From contig JAWKRT010000002.1 in assembly GCA_041389495.1 (NCBI GenBank), forward strand, positions 960,405 through 1,024,404: DNA of 64,000 nucleotides, read 5' to 3'. Shown here in pieces: positions 28,032-36,744 of this stretch; position 1 is the stretch's first letter; each line of letters begins with the position of its first letter. The position numbers and the translations under genes were made by a program. This stretch comes from Myxococcota bacterium. Its GTDB lineage: Bacteria > Myxococcota_A > UBA9160 > UBA4427. The notes beneath the pieces are model-generated. The model was given only the letters and a program-made list of their open reading frames with translations. It had not been told where the DNA came from and did not search any database.

Positions 28032-28484
28032 ATGATCCTCGGAGTCCACCACCCGGCGCTCGCCGTCCCCGACATGCAGAAGGCGATCGACTTCTACGTC
28101 GGCGTGCTCGGCTTCGAGCTCGTGATGAAGGCCGACCTGCCCTCCGGCATCAAGCCGATGAGCGACGCCTTCGGCATCGCCGACGCCGGCTGCAAGGTGC
28201 GCATGATCAAGAAGGGCAACTCGTGCATCGAGCTCTTCGAGTTCAACACGAAGGCCGACGGCGACCCGGAGCGCCCCGTGAACCAGACGGGCATCACGCA
28301 CTTCGCGCTCGCGAGCGACGACCCCGAGAAGGACTTCGCCGCGCTGAAGCAGGCCGGCGTCGTGTTCAACACGCCGCTCTTCGGCGCCGCCCCCTCGCGC
28401 TTCGCCTACGGACGCGACCCGTTCGGCAACGTCATCGAGCTGCTCGAGCACGCGCCGGGCGCGCCGAGCGCGCTCGAGTACTAG
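28032..28484 (+). CDS. VOC (glyoxalase/bleomycin-resistance/dioxygenase) family protein
   Basis: 150 aa. HHPALAVPDMQKAIDFYVGVLGFEL and GITHFAL fit the VOC fold. Confidence 0.85.
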   Translation: MILGVHHPALAVPDMQKAIDFYVGVLGFELVMKADLPSGIKPMSDAFGIADAGCKVRMIKKGNSCIELFEFNTKADGDPERPVNQTGITHFALASDDPEKDFAALKQAGVVFNTPLFGAAPSRFAYGRDPFGNVIELLEHAPGAPSALEY

Positions 28485-28511
28485 CCGCGCCTACGCCCGC
28501 ATCGCCGCGCG

Positions 28512-29279
28512 TCAGTCCTCGCCCGCGAGCGAGAACTCGAGGCGCAGCGTCTTCGTGAGCGGCGGATCCTCGTCGACGAGCTCCGACGGCACCATCCGGA
28601 AGCGGCTGATGCTCGCGCGCGCGCTCGCGGCGAACTCGGGGTGCGACGCCTCGAGCACCTCGAACCCGGTGAGATCGCCCCGCTCGTCGCTGCGCACGCG
28701 CACGATGACGTAGCCCTCGACGCCGTGCGACTGGAGCGCGGGCGGGTAGAAGATCTCGACCGGGTGGGCCAGCCACGGCCGATCGACGACGAGCGAGACG
28801 ACCGACCGCCGCTCGCCGTCGGCCTCCTCCGCCCGCTGGCCGAGGTTCCAGCCGTATCCGTCGCTCGCCAGCTCGTCGAGCCGTCCGGCGGCCTGGAAGC
28901 CCCACGCCGTCTGCGCGTACTGCTGTGCGAGGTATCGATACAGACGCGCGGCCTCGTGGAGGCGCCCGAGCCCTTCGAGCGCGAGCGCCTTGAGGAAGGT
29001 CGCGTGCGCCTCGACCTCGGGCGTCGCCTCCGCATAGATGAGGGCCTGGTCGGCCTTCCGGATCGCGAGCGCGTACTCACCGGCCTCGAGGTGCTGGGTC
29101 GCGAGGTTGAGCGCCCCGCGCTGCGCGAGCGACGTACACCCCGCGGTGAGCGCGACGGTCGCGAGCAGTGCCCGCGCGAGCGCGCGGGACGTGCGACGGC
29201 GCGCTCGCGCAGGGCGGGAGTGAGCGCGTGCCCGAGCGCGGGCATGGATACGGGCGAGCCCTGCCGGATCGATCTGCAT
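28512..29279 (-). CDS. lipoprotein with TPR-like region and TonB C-terminal-like domain
   Basis: The lipobox is LTAGC. The C-terminal segment YPPALQSHGVEGYVIVRVRSDERGDLTGFEVLEASHPEF resembles TonB_C. The start is taken as ATG 29279, with 29327 possible. Confidence 0.68.
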   Translation of the reverse strand: MQIDPAGLARIHARARARAHSRPARARRRTSRALARALLATVALTAGCTSLAQRGALNLATQHLEAGEYALAIRKADQALIYAEATPEVEAHATFLKALALEGLGRLHEAARLYRYLAQQYAQTAWGFQAAGRLDELASDGYGWNLGQRAEEADGERRSVVSLVVDRPWLAHPVEIFYPPALQSHGVEGYVIVRVRSDERGDLTGFEVLEASHPEFAASARASISRFRMVPSELVDEDPPLTKTLRLEFSLAGED

Positions 29280-29412
29280 CGCGCGCGAGTCTACGCCACG
29301 GCACGCTGCTCGCGGGACGTTCCGCATGCGGGGCGGCGCGCCCGGACCGCGCGCCGGGTGGACACAGCGGGCCGCGCGCCTCGCGCGCCAGCGCGCCCCG
29401 TGGATCGTGCGC

Positions 29413-30309
29413 CTAGCGGATCGAGGCGGCCACGTGTGCGACGAACGCCTCGGCGCCGCCCGGCGCGAAGCCGTGTGCGTACGTGCAGCGTCGACCCGGC
29501 AGCTCCGCGCCGAGCTCGAGCCACGGCGTGCCGTCCGGGCCCGCGCCGATGCGCGCGCCGCGCTCGTCGCACGCGAACCACTCGGGGTGGCGCAGCACGG
29601 CGAGCGCGGCGCTGTCCCAGGGATGGAAGCCGCCGTCCTTCGGGAAGACGCCCGTCCACCACTCGAGCCACGGCAGCGCGCCGTCGACGAGCCGCTCGGC
29701 GACGGGGCTGCGCGCGCGCGCCGCCGCGAGCTGCGCGCGCGTCAGCACCACCTGGCTCGTGAGCTCGAAGCCCGCGCACACGAGCGGCACCGCGCTCGCC
29801 ACGAGCGCGCGCGCCGCGTGCGGGTCGCACTCGAAGTTGAAGTCGGGGATGCCGCTCGCGCCGTGCAGCGTGAACGCGCGGCCGGGGCTTCGGCCCGCGA
29901 CGACGACGCAGCGCTCGATGCGCGCCGCCTCGTCCGGGAAGTGCTCGAGCAGCCCCGCCAGGTTGGTGAGCGGCCCGATCGCGCAGACCGCGAGCGGCCC
30001 CGCGCGCAGCGCCTCCGCCAACGCCCGCACGGCGTCCGTGCACGCGAAGCCCTCGCGCGCGCTGCCCGCGCCGGCCGCGCCGCGCGCCACCGACGTGCCC
30101 GCCGCGTCGCCGCCCACCGCCGCCACGAGCTCGCGCGCGACGCGCGTGCCGACGTCGACCGGCGCGTTCCCGAACACCGTGCCGATCCCCGCCACCTCGA
30201 CATCCGGGTCGCGCAGCGCCTCGACGATCACGAACGCGTCGTCGACGTCCTTCGGGCGATCGTCCTCGCGGAATCCGAGCGCGGGGTCGGTGTCGATCCA
30301 GATGCGCAT
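29413..30309 (-). CDS. nucleoside hydrolase (IUNH) family protein, atypical Asp-cluster
   Basis: 298 aa. It begins MRIWIDTDPALGFREDDRPKDVDDAF, which is the DxDxxxDD motif interrupted by an insertion. CAIGPLTNLA is present. Only 3 nt separate it from the upstream gene. Confidence 0.8.
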   Translation of the reverse strand: MRIWIDTDPALGFREDDRPKDVDDAFVIVEALRDPDVEVAGIGTVFGNAPVDVGTRVARELVAAVGGDAAGTSVARGAAGAGSAREGFACTDAVRALAEALRAGPLAVCAIGPLTNLAGLLEHFPDEAARIERCVVVAGRSPGRAFTLHGASGIPDFNFECDPHAARALVASAVPLVCAGFELTSQVVLTRAQLAAARARSPVAERLVDGALPWLEWWTGVFPKDGGFHPWDSAALAVLRHPEWFACDERGARIGAGPDGTPWLELGAELPGRRCTYAHGFAPGGAEAFVAHVAASIR

Positions 30310-30312
30310 GGG

Positions 30313-31326
30313 CTAGCTCCCCTTCGCGACCCACCCGCGCGCGAGCCCGAGCCACGCCCGCTTCGCGTCGATCCCCGCGCGCCCCGCATCGAGCGGCAGC
30401 TGCGCCACGCCGATCAGGCGGCGCATCAGCTCGACGCCCGCGAAGCCTCGCAGCAGCGCGCCGTCGAGCTTCTCGCCGTACAGCGCCTCGACGCGCTCCG
30501 CGATCGCGGGCGCTTCGCCCGCGAACACGAGGTGCGCGACGAGCACGCCGAGGTCGAGCTCCACCGGGCCGACGAAGGCGAACTCCGGGTCGATCACGCA
30601 CAGGCCGCGCGCGGTGCGCAGGATGCTGCCGGGATAGTAGTCGCCGTGCAGGAGCGACGGGCCCGCGGCATGGAGGTAGAGGTCGCCGAGCGCGGCGACG
30701 CGCGCGCGGAAGGAGTCGTCGCGCTGCAGGGCGCGCGCTTCGTCGCGCAGGCCGGGGGTGATGGCGTCGAGGTCGAGGCCGTTCCCGGCGTCGAGCGGCA
30801 CGGCGAAGAGGTGCGCGTGGTTGAGCTCGCGCATCGCGCGGTTGGCGAGGCTCGCGCGCTCGGCGTCGTCGAGCGCGAGCGCGTGGATGCGGCGGGCGAG
30901 CGCGCACAGCGTCTCGAGCTCGCCCGGCTCGAGGGCGCCACCGGCGTAGAGGCTCGCGAGGTCGGCGGCTTCGCCGAGGTCCTCGAGCATGGCGACGCGG
31001 TCGGTGCGGTCGAAGGCGAGCACGCGCGGCATGTGGGACGAGAGCGCGGGGTCGCGGTGCGCGACGTCGTAGAAGCGGAGCTCGGTGTGGATGCGATCGA
31101 CGGGCGCCGGGATGTCGGGGTACTTCACGACCCACGGGCGCGACTGCTTCAGCACGAAGGTGCGCGCGGGCGTGGCGACGCGGAGCGTGCGGTTCATGTT
31201 GCCGGCGCCGGCGGGCCCGGCGGCGGTGACGCGCTCGCCCGCGTCGAGCCAGCCGCGCGCGCGGAGCCAGGCGTCGAGGAGGTCGACCTGCGGCTCGAGC
31301 TCGAAGCCGCTCGCGTCGGGCGTCAC
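30313..31326 (-). CDS. mtnK: 5-methylthioribose kinase (MtnK) family phosphotransferase
   Basis: The motifs [44 protein letters not shown] and [15 protein letters not shown] parallel the B. subtilis MtnK signatures as I recall them. GTG 31326 overlaps the upstream TGA. Confidence 0.78.
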   Translation of the reverse strand: MTPDASGFELEPQVDLLDAWLRARGWLDAGERVTAAGPAGAGNMNRTLRVATPARTFVLKQSRPWVVKYPDIPAPVDRIHTELRFYDVAHRDPALSSHMPRVLAFDRTDRVAMLEDLGEAADLASLYAGGALEPGELETLCALARRIHALALDDAERASLANRAMRELNHAHLFAVPLDAGNGLDLDAITPGLRDEARALQRDDSFRARVAALGDLYLHAAGPSLLHGDYYPGSILRTARGLCVIDPEFAFVGPVELDLGVLVAHLVFAGEAPAIAERVEALYGEKLDGALLRGFAGVELMRRLIGVAQLPLDAGRAGIDAKRAWLGLARGWVAKGS

Positions 31327-32471
31327 ACGCTCTCCCAGCGGCGCGAGGCCGCGGAGCGTTCGATGGCGTCGAGCACGCGGTGGGTGCGCACGCCGTCGTC
31401 GAAGCCCGGCTGCGCGGGCGCACCCGCGGCGATCGCGCGCGCGAAGTCGACGACGGTGTGCACGAACGTGTGCTCGTAGCCGAGCGCGTGGCCGGGCGGC
31501 CACCACGCGGCGACGTACGGGTGCGCGGGGTCGGTCGCGAGCACGCGGCGGAAGCCGCTCTCGGGGCCCTCGTCGAGGAAGAGCTCGAGCTCGTTGATGC
31601 GCTCGAGGTCGAAGGCGAGGCTCCCGCGCGCGCCGTTGATCTCGAAGCGGTTGTGGTTCTTGCGGCCGGCCGCGAAGCGCGTGGCCTCGAGCGTGCCGAG
31701 CGCGCCGCTCTCGAAGCGCAGGAGCGCGAGCGCGGCGTCGTCGACGTCGACGGGCGCGCGGCCGGCGCCGTCGGCGCGCGGGCGCTCGGCGACGAACGTG
31801 GCGAGGTGCGCGCTCACCTCGGCCACCTCGCCGACGAGGTGGCGCGCGAGGTCGACGACGTGGGAGCCGAGGTCGCCGAGCGCTCCCGAGCCCGCCCTCG
31901 CGCGCACCATGCGCCAGCCGTGCGGCGCCTCGGGGTCGACGAGCCAGTCCTGGAGATAGGTGCCGCGGAAGTGGTGGAGGCGGCCGAGCCGGCCCTCGGC
32001 GAGCAGCTGCTTCGCGAGTGCCACGGCGGGCGCGCGTCGGTAGTTGTGGCAGACCATGTGCGGCACGCGCGCCGCGCGCACGGCCTCGGCCATGCGCACG
32101 GCCTCGGCGAGCGAGTTCGCGAGCGGCTTCTCGCACAGCACGGCCTTGCCGGCCTCGGCCGCGGCGATCGCGATCTCGGCGTGCGCATCGCCCGGCGCGC
32201 ACACGTCGACGACGTCGACGTCGTCGCGCGCGACCGCCTCGCGCCAGTCGGTCGCGTGCGCGGCGAAGCCGAGGCGGTGCGCGGCGTCGCGCACGGCGCT
32301 CTCGCTGCGGCCGCACACGAGCGCGAGCTCGGGCGCGCGCGGAAGGTCGAAGAAGTGGCGCGCCTGGCGCCACGCGTTCGCGTGCGCGCGGCCCATGAAC
32401 GCGTAGCCGACCATCGCGACGCGCAGCGGCGCACCCGTCCGACCCTCGGGAGGCGAGGCTTCGCCGCTCAC
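31323..32471 (-). CDS. Gfo/Idh/MocA family NAD(P)-dependent oxidoreductase
   Basis: It carries [19 protein letters not shown] (Rossmann), [11 protein letters not shown] and [22 protein letters not shown] 32471 overlaps the upstream TGA. Confidence 0.85.
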   Translation of the reverse strand: MSGEASPPEGRTGAPLRVAMVGYAFMGRAHANAWRQARHFFDLPRAPELALVCGRSESAVRDAAHRLGFAAHATDWREAVARDDVDVVDVCAPGDAHAEIAIAAAEAGKAVLCEKPLANSLAEAVRMAEAVRAARVPHMVCHNYRRAPAVALAKQLLAEGRLGRLHHFRGTYLQDWLVDPEAPHGWRMVRARAGSGALGDLGSHVVDLARHLVGEVAEVSAHLATFVAERPRADGAGRAPVDVDDAALALLRFESGALGTLEATRFAAGRKNHNRFEINGARGSLAFDLERINELELFLDEGPESGFRRVLATDPAHPYVAAWWPPGHALGYEHTFVHTVVDFARAIAAGAPAQPGFDDGVRTHRVLDAIERSAASRRWESV

Positions 32472-33709
32472 GAGCGGTACGCCTCGCGCCCGCGGCCCTG
32501 CACGGGGATGCCCTGCGCGGGCAGCACGTCGTGCTGCAGCGCGTACATGCACGCGGCCGCCTCGTCCATCCTGCGCGTGAAGGCGATCGAGCCCTTCAGG
32601 ATGGGGAGCAGCCGCTCGCGCTCCTGCACGCGCGCGGGCGGGTACTCGTGCTCGACGATGAGCGGCGTGCGCGCGGGGTCGAGCTCGAGCAGCTCGCGCG
32701 CCGCGAGCTGGTGGTCGAGCCAGTCGACGCTGCGGTTCTGGAGATAGGCGAGCGGGTCGTGGCGCGCGGTGCCAGGGAGCTCGTGCTCGCAGAGGGCCGT
32801 CTGCTTCCTCCACGCGTGCGCGCGGTCGGCGGGCTCGGGCGAGGGCGCGCCGCCGCGCCAGTCGCCGCGCTCCATCGTCTGGCCGCCGTAGCCCCACGCG
32901 GCGACGCCGCGCGCGTCGACCACCTGGCCCTTCACGTGGAAGCCGTCGACGAGGAACGCATAGCCTTCGTCGCGCAGGTACTGGAAGATCGAGCGCGTGT
33001 CCTGGCCCATCAGGATGGCGTGCGACGGGTCGTAGTGGATGCGGAAGACGTCGCCCACGCCGTGGCGCTCGCAGATGCGGTGCAGGGCGATCCACGGGCC
33101 GGGCGCGTAGCCGAGGTTGTTGTGGAAGGCGTCGCCCGTCGTCCAGCCGGGCATCGGGCAGGGCTCGACGCGGTAGACGAGCCCGCGCGCCTTCGCCTCG
33201 CGCAGCAGCGGCACGAACGACGCCTCGAAGTCGGCGAGGTTCGCGTCCATCGAGAGGCGCTGGTTGCGGCCGACGAAGCCGCACACGGCGCGGGCGCCGA
33301 GGCGCACCGCCGCGTCCATCGCGCGCAGCGCGAACGCGTGCTTGCGGGCGCGCACGGCCGGGTCGGCGTGGAGCATGTCGTCGAAGTAGCCGACGTCGGC
33401 GATCGCGACGCCCGTCGCGTCGACCGCGGCGCGGACGCGCCGCGCGCGCGCCTCCGTGAACGGCTCGCGCAGGTCGAGCGTGTTCGCGACGGGGTCGAGC
33501 AGGGCCTCGGCCGGGACGTCGGCCTGCGAAGGATGGAGCGCGGCCGAGAGCTGGATGCAGTCGGCCCCGAGCTCGCGCGCGAAGTCGAGCCACTGCTCGA
33601 CGGCGAGGTCGGGGTCGGCGTCGCGCTCGGCGCGCGGCGTCAGCTCCTGCAGCGCGGCAGTGAGGACGCCCACGGGCATGAACACGGGCTCGAACGGGGC
33701 GACGGGCAC
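32468..33709 (-). CDS. sugar phosphate isomerase/epimerase (xylose isomerase-like TIM barrel) family protein
   Basis: 413 aa. GTG 33709 is preceded by GGAGGAG. AP-endonuclease-2/TIM-barrel-like motifs are [18 protein letters not shown] and IVEHEY. Confidence 0.8.
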   Translation of the reverse strand: MPVAPFEPVFMPVGVLTAALQELTPRAERDADPDLAVEQWLDFARELGADCIQLSAALHPSQADVPAEALLDPVANTLDLREPFTEARARRVRAAVDATGVAIADVGYFDDMLHADPAVRARKHAFALRAMDAAVRLGARAVCGFVGRNQRLSMDANLADFEASFVPLLREAKARGLVYRVEPCPMPGWTTGDAFHNNLGYAPGPWIALHRICERHGVGDVFRIHYDPSHAILMGQDTRSIFQYLRDEGYAFLVDGFHVKGQVVDARGVAAWGYGGQTMERGDWRGGAPSPEPADRAHAWRKQTALCEHELPGTARHDPLAYLQNRSVDWLDHQLAARELLELDPARTPLIVEHEYPPARVQERERLLPILKGSIAFTRRMDEAAACMYALQHDVLPAQGIPVQGRGREAYRS

Positions 33710-33727
33710 GAGCTTCGCTCCTCCGGC

Positions 33728-34579
33728 CTAGCGTCCTCGGAAGACGGGCGCGCGCTTCTCGGCGAACGCGCGCGTCGCTTCGCGGAAATCGTCGGTCTCG
33801 GCCGCCCAGCACTGGCGCTCGGCCTCCTCGGCGATGCAGGTGCGCAGGTCGGCGTGGAGCGCGCGGTTGAGGTTCGCCTTCATCATGCGCAGCGCGACGG
33901 GCGGGCCCGCCGCGAGCTCGCGCGCCCAGGCGCGCGCCGCCGTCTGCAGCTCGGCGTCGGGCACGACGCGGTTGAACAGGCCGAGCGCGAGGCACGCGCG
34001 CGCGTCGAGGCGCTCGCCGCCGAAGTAGATCTCGCGCGCCTTCGCGGGGCCGACGAGCTGCGTGAGGAGCCAGCTGCCGCCGAAGTCGCCCGGGAGCCCG
34101 AGCTTCGCGAACGCGGCGACGAGGAAGGCGCTCTCGGCCGCGATCCGCACGTCGGCCGCGAGCGCGATCGCGAAGCCCGCGCCCGCCGCCGCGCCGGGGA
34201 GCGCGGCGACGACGGGCTTCGGCATCTCGTGCAGGACGGCCACGGCCTCGCTCTCGGAGCGGATGGCGCGGATGCGCTCCTCGAGCGGCGGCTGCTCCTG
34301 CGTGGCCATCGCCTTCGCGTTGCCGCCGGCGCAGAACGCGCGGCCCGCGCCCGTCAGCACGAGGCAGCGCACCGCGTCGTCGGCGGCCACGAGGTCGACC
34401 GCGCGCCGGAAGACGGGGCGCAGGTCGTAGCCGAGCGGGTTGCGGTTCTCGGGGTCGTCGAACGTGAGCGTCGCGACGCCGTCCTCCGCGATGCGCAGGC
34501 GCAGCTTCGCGGATCCGGTGTCGACGTCGCGCTCGGGCGCGTCCGCGCCCGCCGGGCCGCCGCCTAGCGTCGTCGCCAC
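33728..34579 (-). CDS. enoyl-CoA hydratase/isomerase family protein
   Basis: It carries [25 protein letters not shown] and [24 protein letters not shown] 34579 is inferred and overlaps the upstream gene by 16 nt. Confidence 0.8.
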   Translation of the reverse strand: MATTLGGGPAGADAPERDVDTGSAKLRLRIAEDGVATLTFDDPENRNPLGYDLRPVFRRAVDLVAADDAVRCLVLTGAGRAFCAGGNAKAMATQEQPPLEERIRAIRSESEAVAVLHEMPKPVVAALPGAAAGAGFAIALAADVRIAAESAFLVAAFAKLGLPGDFGGSWLLTQLVGPAKAREIYFGGERLDARACLALGLFNRVVPDAELQTAARAWARELAAGPPVALRMMKANLNRALHADLRTCIAEEAERQCWAAETDDFREATRAFAEKRAPVFRGR

Positions 34580-35346
34580 GTGGGCTTGCGATCCTCCGCG
34601 CGCGCGGCCTTCATCTCCGCGTAGTCGTCCGACGCGAAGACGAGCGTCTGCGTCGTCGCCTCCTCGAGGATCGAGCGGCGCACGACCTCGTCGGCGATCA
34701 GCGCCATGTTGCGCTTCGCCATCTTGACGGTGAACGCGGGCGAGGCGGCGACCGTCTCGGCGATCTCGCGCGCCGTGTCCTCGAGCGCGGCGGCGGGCAC
34801 GACGCGCGACACGACGCCGTGCCGGAGCGCCTCGTCGGCCTCCATCACGCGGCCGGTGAGGATCAGGTCCATCGCGACGCCGTGGCCGCACATCTGGAAC
34901 AGGCGCGCCATGCCGCCCGTGTCGGTGATGACCCCGTGCTTCACCTCGGGAAGCATGAAGCGCGTGCCCTCGGCGCAGACGCGGATGTCGGCGACGAGCG
35001 AGCGCTCGAAGGAGCCGCCGATCACCCAGCCCTTGAGCGCGCACACGACGGGCACCTGGAGGTCGAGGATGCGCGCGAAGCCCTGCTGGCCGCGCTCGAT
35101 GAACGAGAGGTTGTCGATGTCCTCGGTGCGCACGCCGATCTGCTCGACGTCGCGCCCCGACGACCAGCTCTTCCCGTTCGCGTTCCAGATCACCGCCCGC
35201 ACGTCCTTGTTCGCGATCAGCTCCTCGATGATGTCGCGCAGGCGCGCGTCCATCTCGTCGTTCGCGGCGTTGTGCTTGTCGGGGCGGTTGTTCGTCATGA
35301 CGGCGATCGGGCCGTCGTAGGTGAGCAGCATCGTCTCGCTGGGCAC
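34564..35346 (-). CDS. enoyl-CoA hydratase/isomerase family protein
   Basis: 260-aa ORF with [18 protein letters not shown] and [20 protein letters not shown] motifs. Confidence 0.85.
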   Translation of the reverse strand: MPSETMLLTYDGPIAVMTNNRPDKHNAANDEMDARLRDIIEELIANKDVRAVIWNANGKSWSSGRDVEQIGVRTEDIDNLSFIERGQQGFARILDLQVPVVCALKGWVIGGSFERSLVADIRVCAEGTRFMLPEVKHGVITDTGGMARLFQMCGHGVAMDLILTGRVMEADEALRHGVVSRVVPAAALEDTAREIAETVAASPAFTVKMAKRNMALIADEVVRRSILEEATTQTLVFASDDYAEMKAARAEDRKPTWRRR

Positions 35347-35386
35347 GGGGTCCTCCCGCTCGGAGCGGTGGTGGCGGGCACGTGGG

Positions 35387-35434
35387 GGAGGGCGGGGCGG
35401 GGGCGGCTCGCGCGCCGCTCCCGCCCCGCCCTCC
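35387..35434 (-). terminator. GC-rich hairpin immediately 3' of the orphan secreted-protein gene (15-bp stem, extendable to ~20 bp)
   Basis: ggagggcggggcggg (35387-35401) pairs with cccgccccgccctcc (35420-35434). It starts 3 nt after the stop at 35438. There is no U-tract, which is common in high-GC genomes. Confidence 0.5.
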
Positions 35435-35437
35435 GGG

Positions 35438-36610
35438 TCAGAACTGATAGCCCACGTGCAGCGGGAGCTCGATCCGGTTCGTGTCGCCGACGTAGCCGAC
35501 GCTGAGCAGGTAGGTGCCCTCCGTCAGGCCGCTGAACTCGGTGTCCCACTCGCCGCTCGTGATCGTCGGCTGCAGCGACCAGGACGTCATCATCATCGAG
35601 TTCGAGTAGAGCCCGAGCGTCACGTCGAGGTTGCCGCTCTGCGCGGTGTCGCCGATCCCGCTCACGGCGACGCGGCCGTTGTCGCCCGCCAGGTTGTACG
35701 CGGGCAGGACCGAGATCGTGAGGGGGCCCGTCAGCCCGAACGGCGTCGGCAGCGCGCCGGCCTGGTCGGGGTAGAACGAGCCGCCCGCCACGATCGGCGG
35801 CACCGAGTTCAGCACCGTGATCATCGGAGCGCCGTCCTTCATGTACTTGACGGCCGCCTTGTGGGTCTCCTTCTTCGCGAGGCCCTGGAACTTGATGGAG
35901 TCCGTGCAGACGTACTCCTGCAGCTCGTCGAAGCCCTTCCAGCCGCCCATGAAGAGCTCGGGCGGCGCGTCGTGATAGGTCGCGCTCGCGGCGAGGAGCT
36001 GGTTCGAGCCGAAGTTGATCGCGTCCACGTACGAGTGGTGGGCGGCCATGTAGTAGTCCTGGCGCAGCTGGGTCGCCGCGCCGTGGACGTTCTGGAAGAG
36101 CTGGTCGGTGTCGATGGTCGCGTCGCCGTACTGGACGCCGAAGTCCTTGAGCGACGTCTTGTAGCCGGTGAAGGCGATCTTCGCCTCGATCTTGAAGTCC
36201 TTGATCTCCGACTTGACCGCCTTCTGGAAGTCCTTCGAGATCTGCTGGAAGTCCGCGCTCACCGTCACCGGGTACGTGTGCACGGCGGGCGGGCACGTGC
36301 CGCCCGAGGTCGTGATCGACACGTTCGTCATGCCGACGGCGACGGCCGTGATCGCGACCTTCACGTTCTTCACGCCCATGCCGGCGGCGGGCGACGCGGT
36401 CGCGACGCCCGTGTTTCCCGACATCGTCGTGTAGTCGAACGTGCAGCCGCCCGCGTTCTTGACCTTCACGTACACGACCTGTCCGATCCGCAGGTCGAAG
36501 GCGAACCCGGTCGCCGGGCTCGCGAAGGTCGCGTGCGCGGCGGGGGCGGCGAGCAGGACGAGCAGGGCGAGGGGGGCGGCAGCGAGGGCGGCACACGGCC
36601 TGGGCTTCAT
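35438..36610 (-). CDS. orphan secreted protein, compositionally atypical (Lys-rich, low GC); Ig-like N-domain, helical middle, beta-rich C-domain
   Basis: 390 aa. ATG 36610 is preceded by GGAGGAG. The signal peptide is MKPRPCAALAAAPLALLVLLAAPAAHA. Local GC is about 53-62% against more than 70% in the flanks. The protein ends LPLHVGYQF. Confidence 0.78.
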   Translation of the reverse strand: MKPRPCAALAAAPLALLVLLAAPAAHATFASPATGFAFDLRIGQVVYVKVKNAGGCTFDYTTMSGNTGVATASPAAGMGVKNVKVAITAVAVGMTNVSITTSGGTCPPAVHTYPVTVSADFQQISKDFQKAVKSEIKDFKIEAKIAFTGYKTSLKDFGVQYGDATIDTDQLFQNVHGAATQLRQDYYMAAHHSYVDAINFGSNQLLAASATYHDAPPELFMGGWKGFDELQEYVCTDSIKFQGLAKKETHKAAVKYMKDGAPMITVLNSVPPIVAGGSFYPDQAGALPTPFGLTGPLTISVLPAYNLAGDNGRVAVSGIGDTAQSGNLDVTLGLYSNSMMMTSWSLQPTITSGEWDTEFSGLTEGTYLLSVGYVGDTNRIELPLHVGYQF

Positions 36611-36744
36611 GGGGAGCTCCTCCATTCTGGGATGCGACGGCGACGAGGCGTCGTGGAGTGGGCGCGGAGTGGCGTGCCGGGCACGCCGGCCGGGGCCCCA
36701 TCCTACGCGTTCCGGCCCGGCTCGTGGGGACGGGCTGCGCGCGA

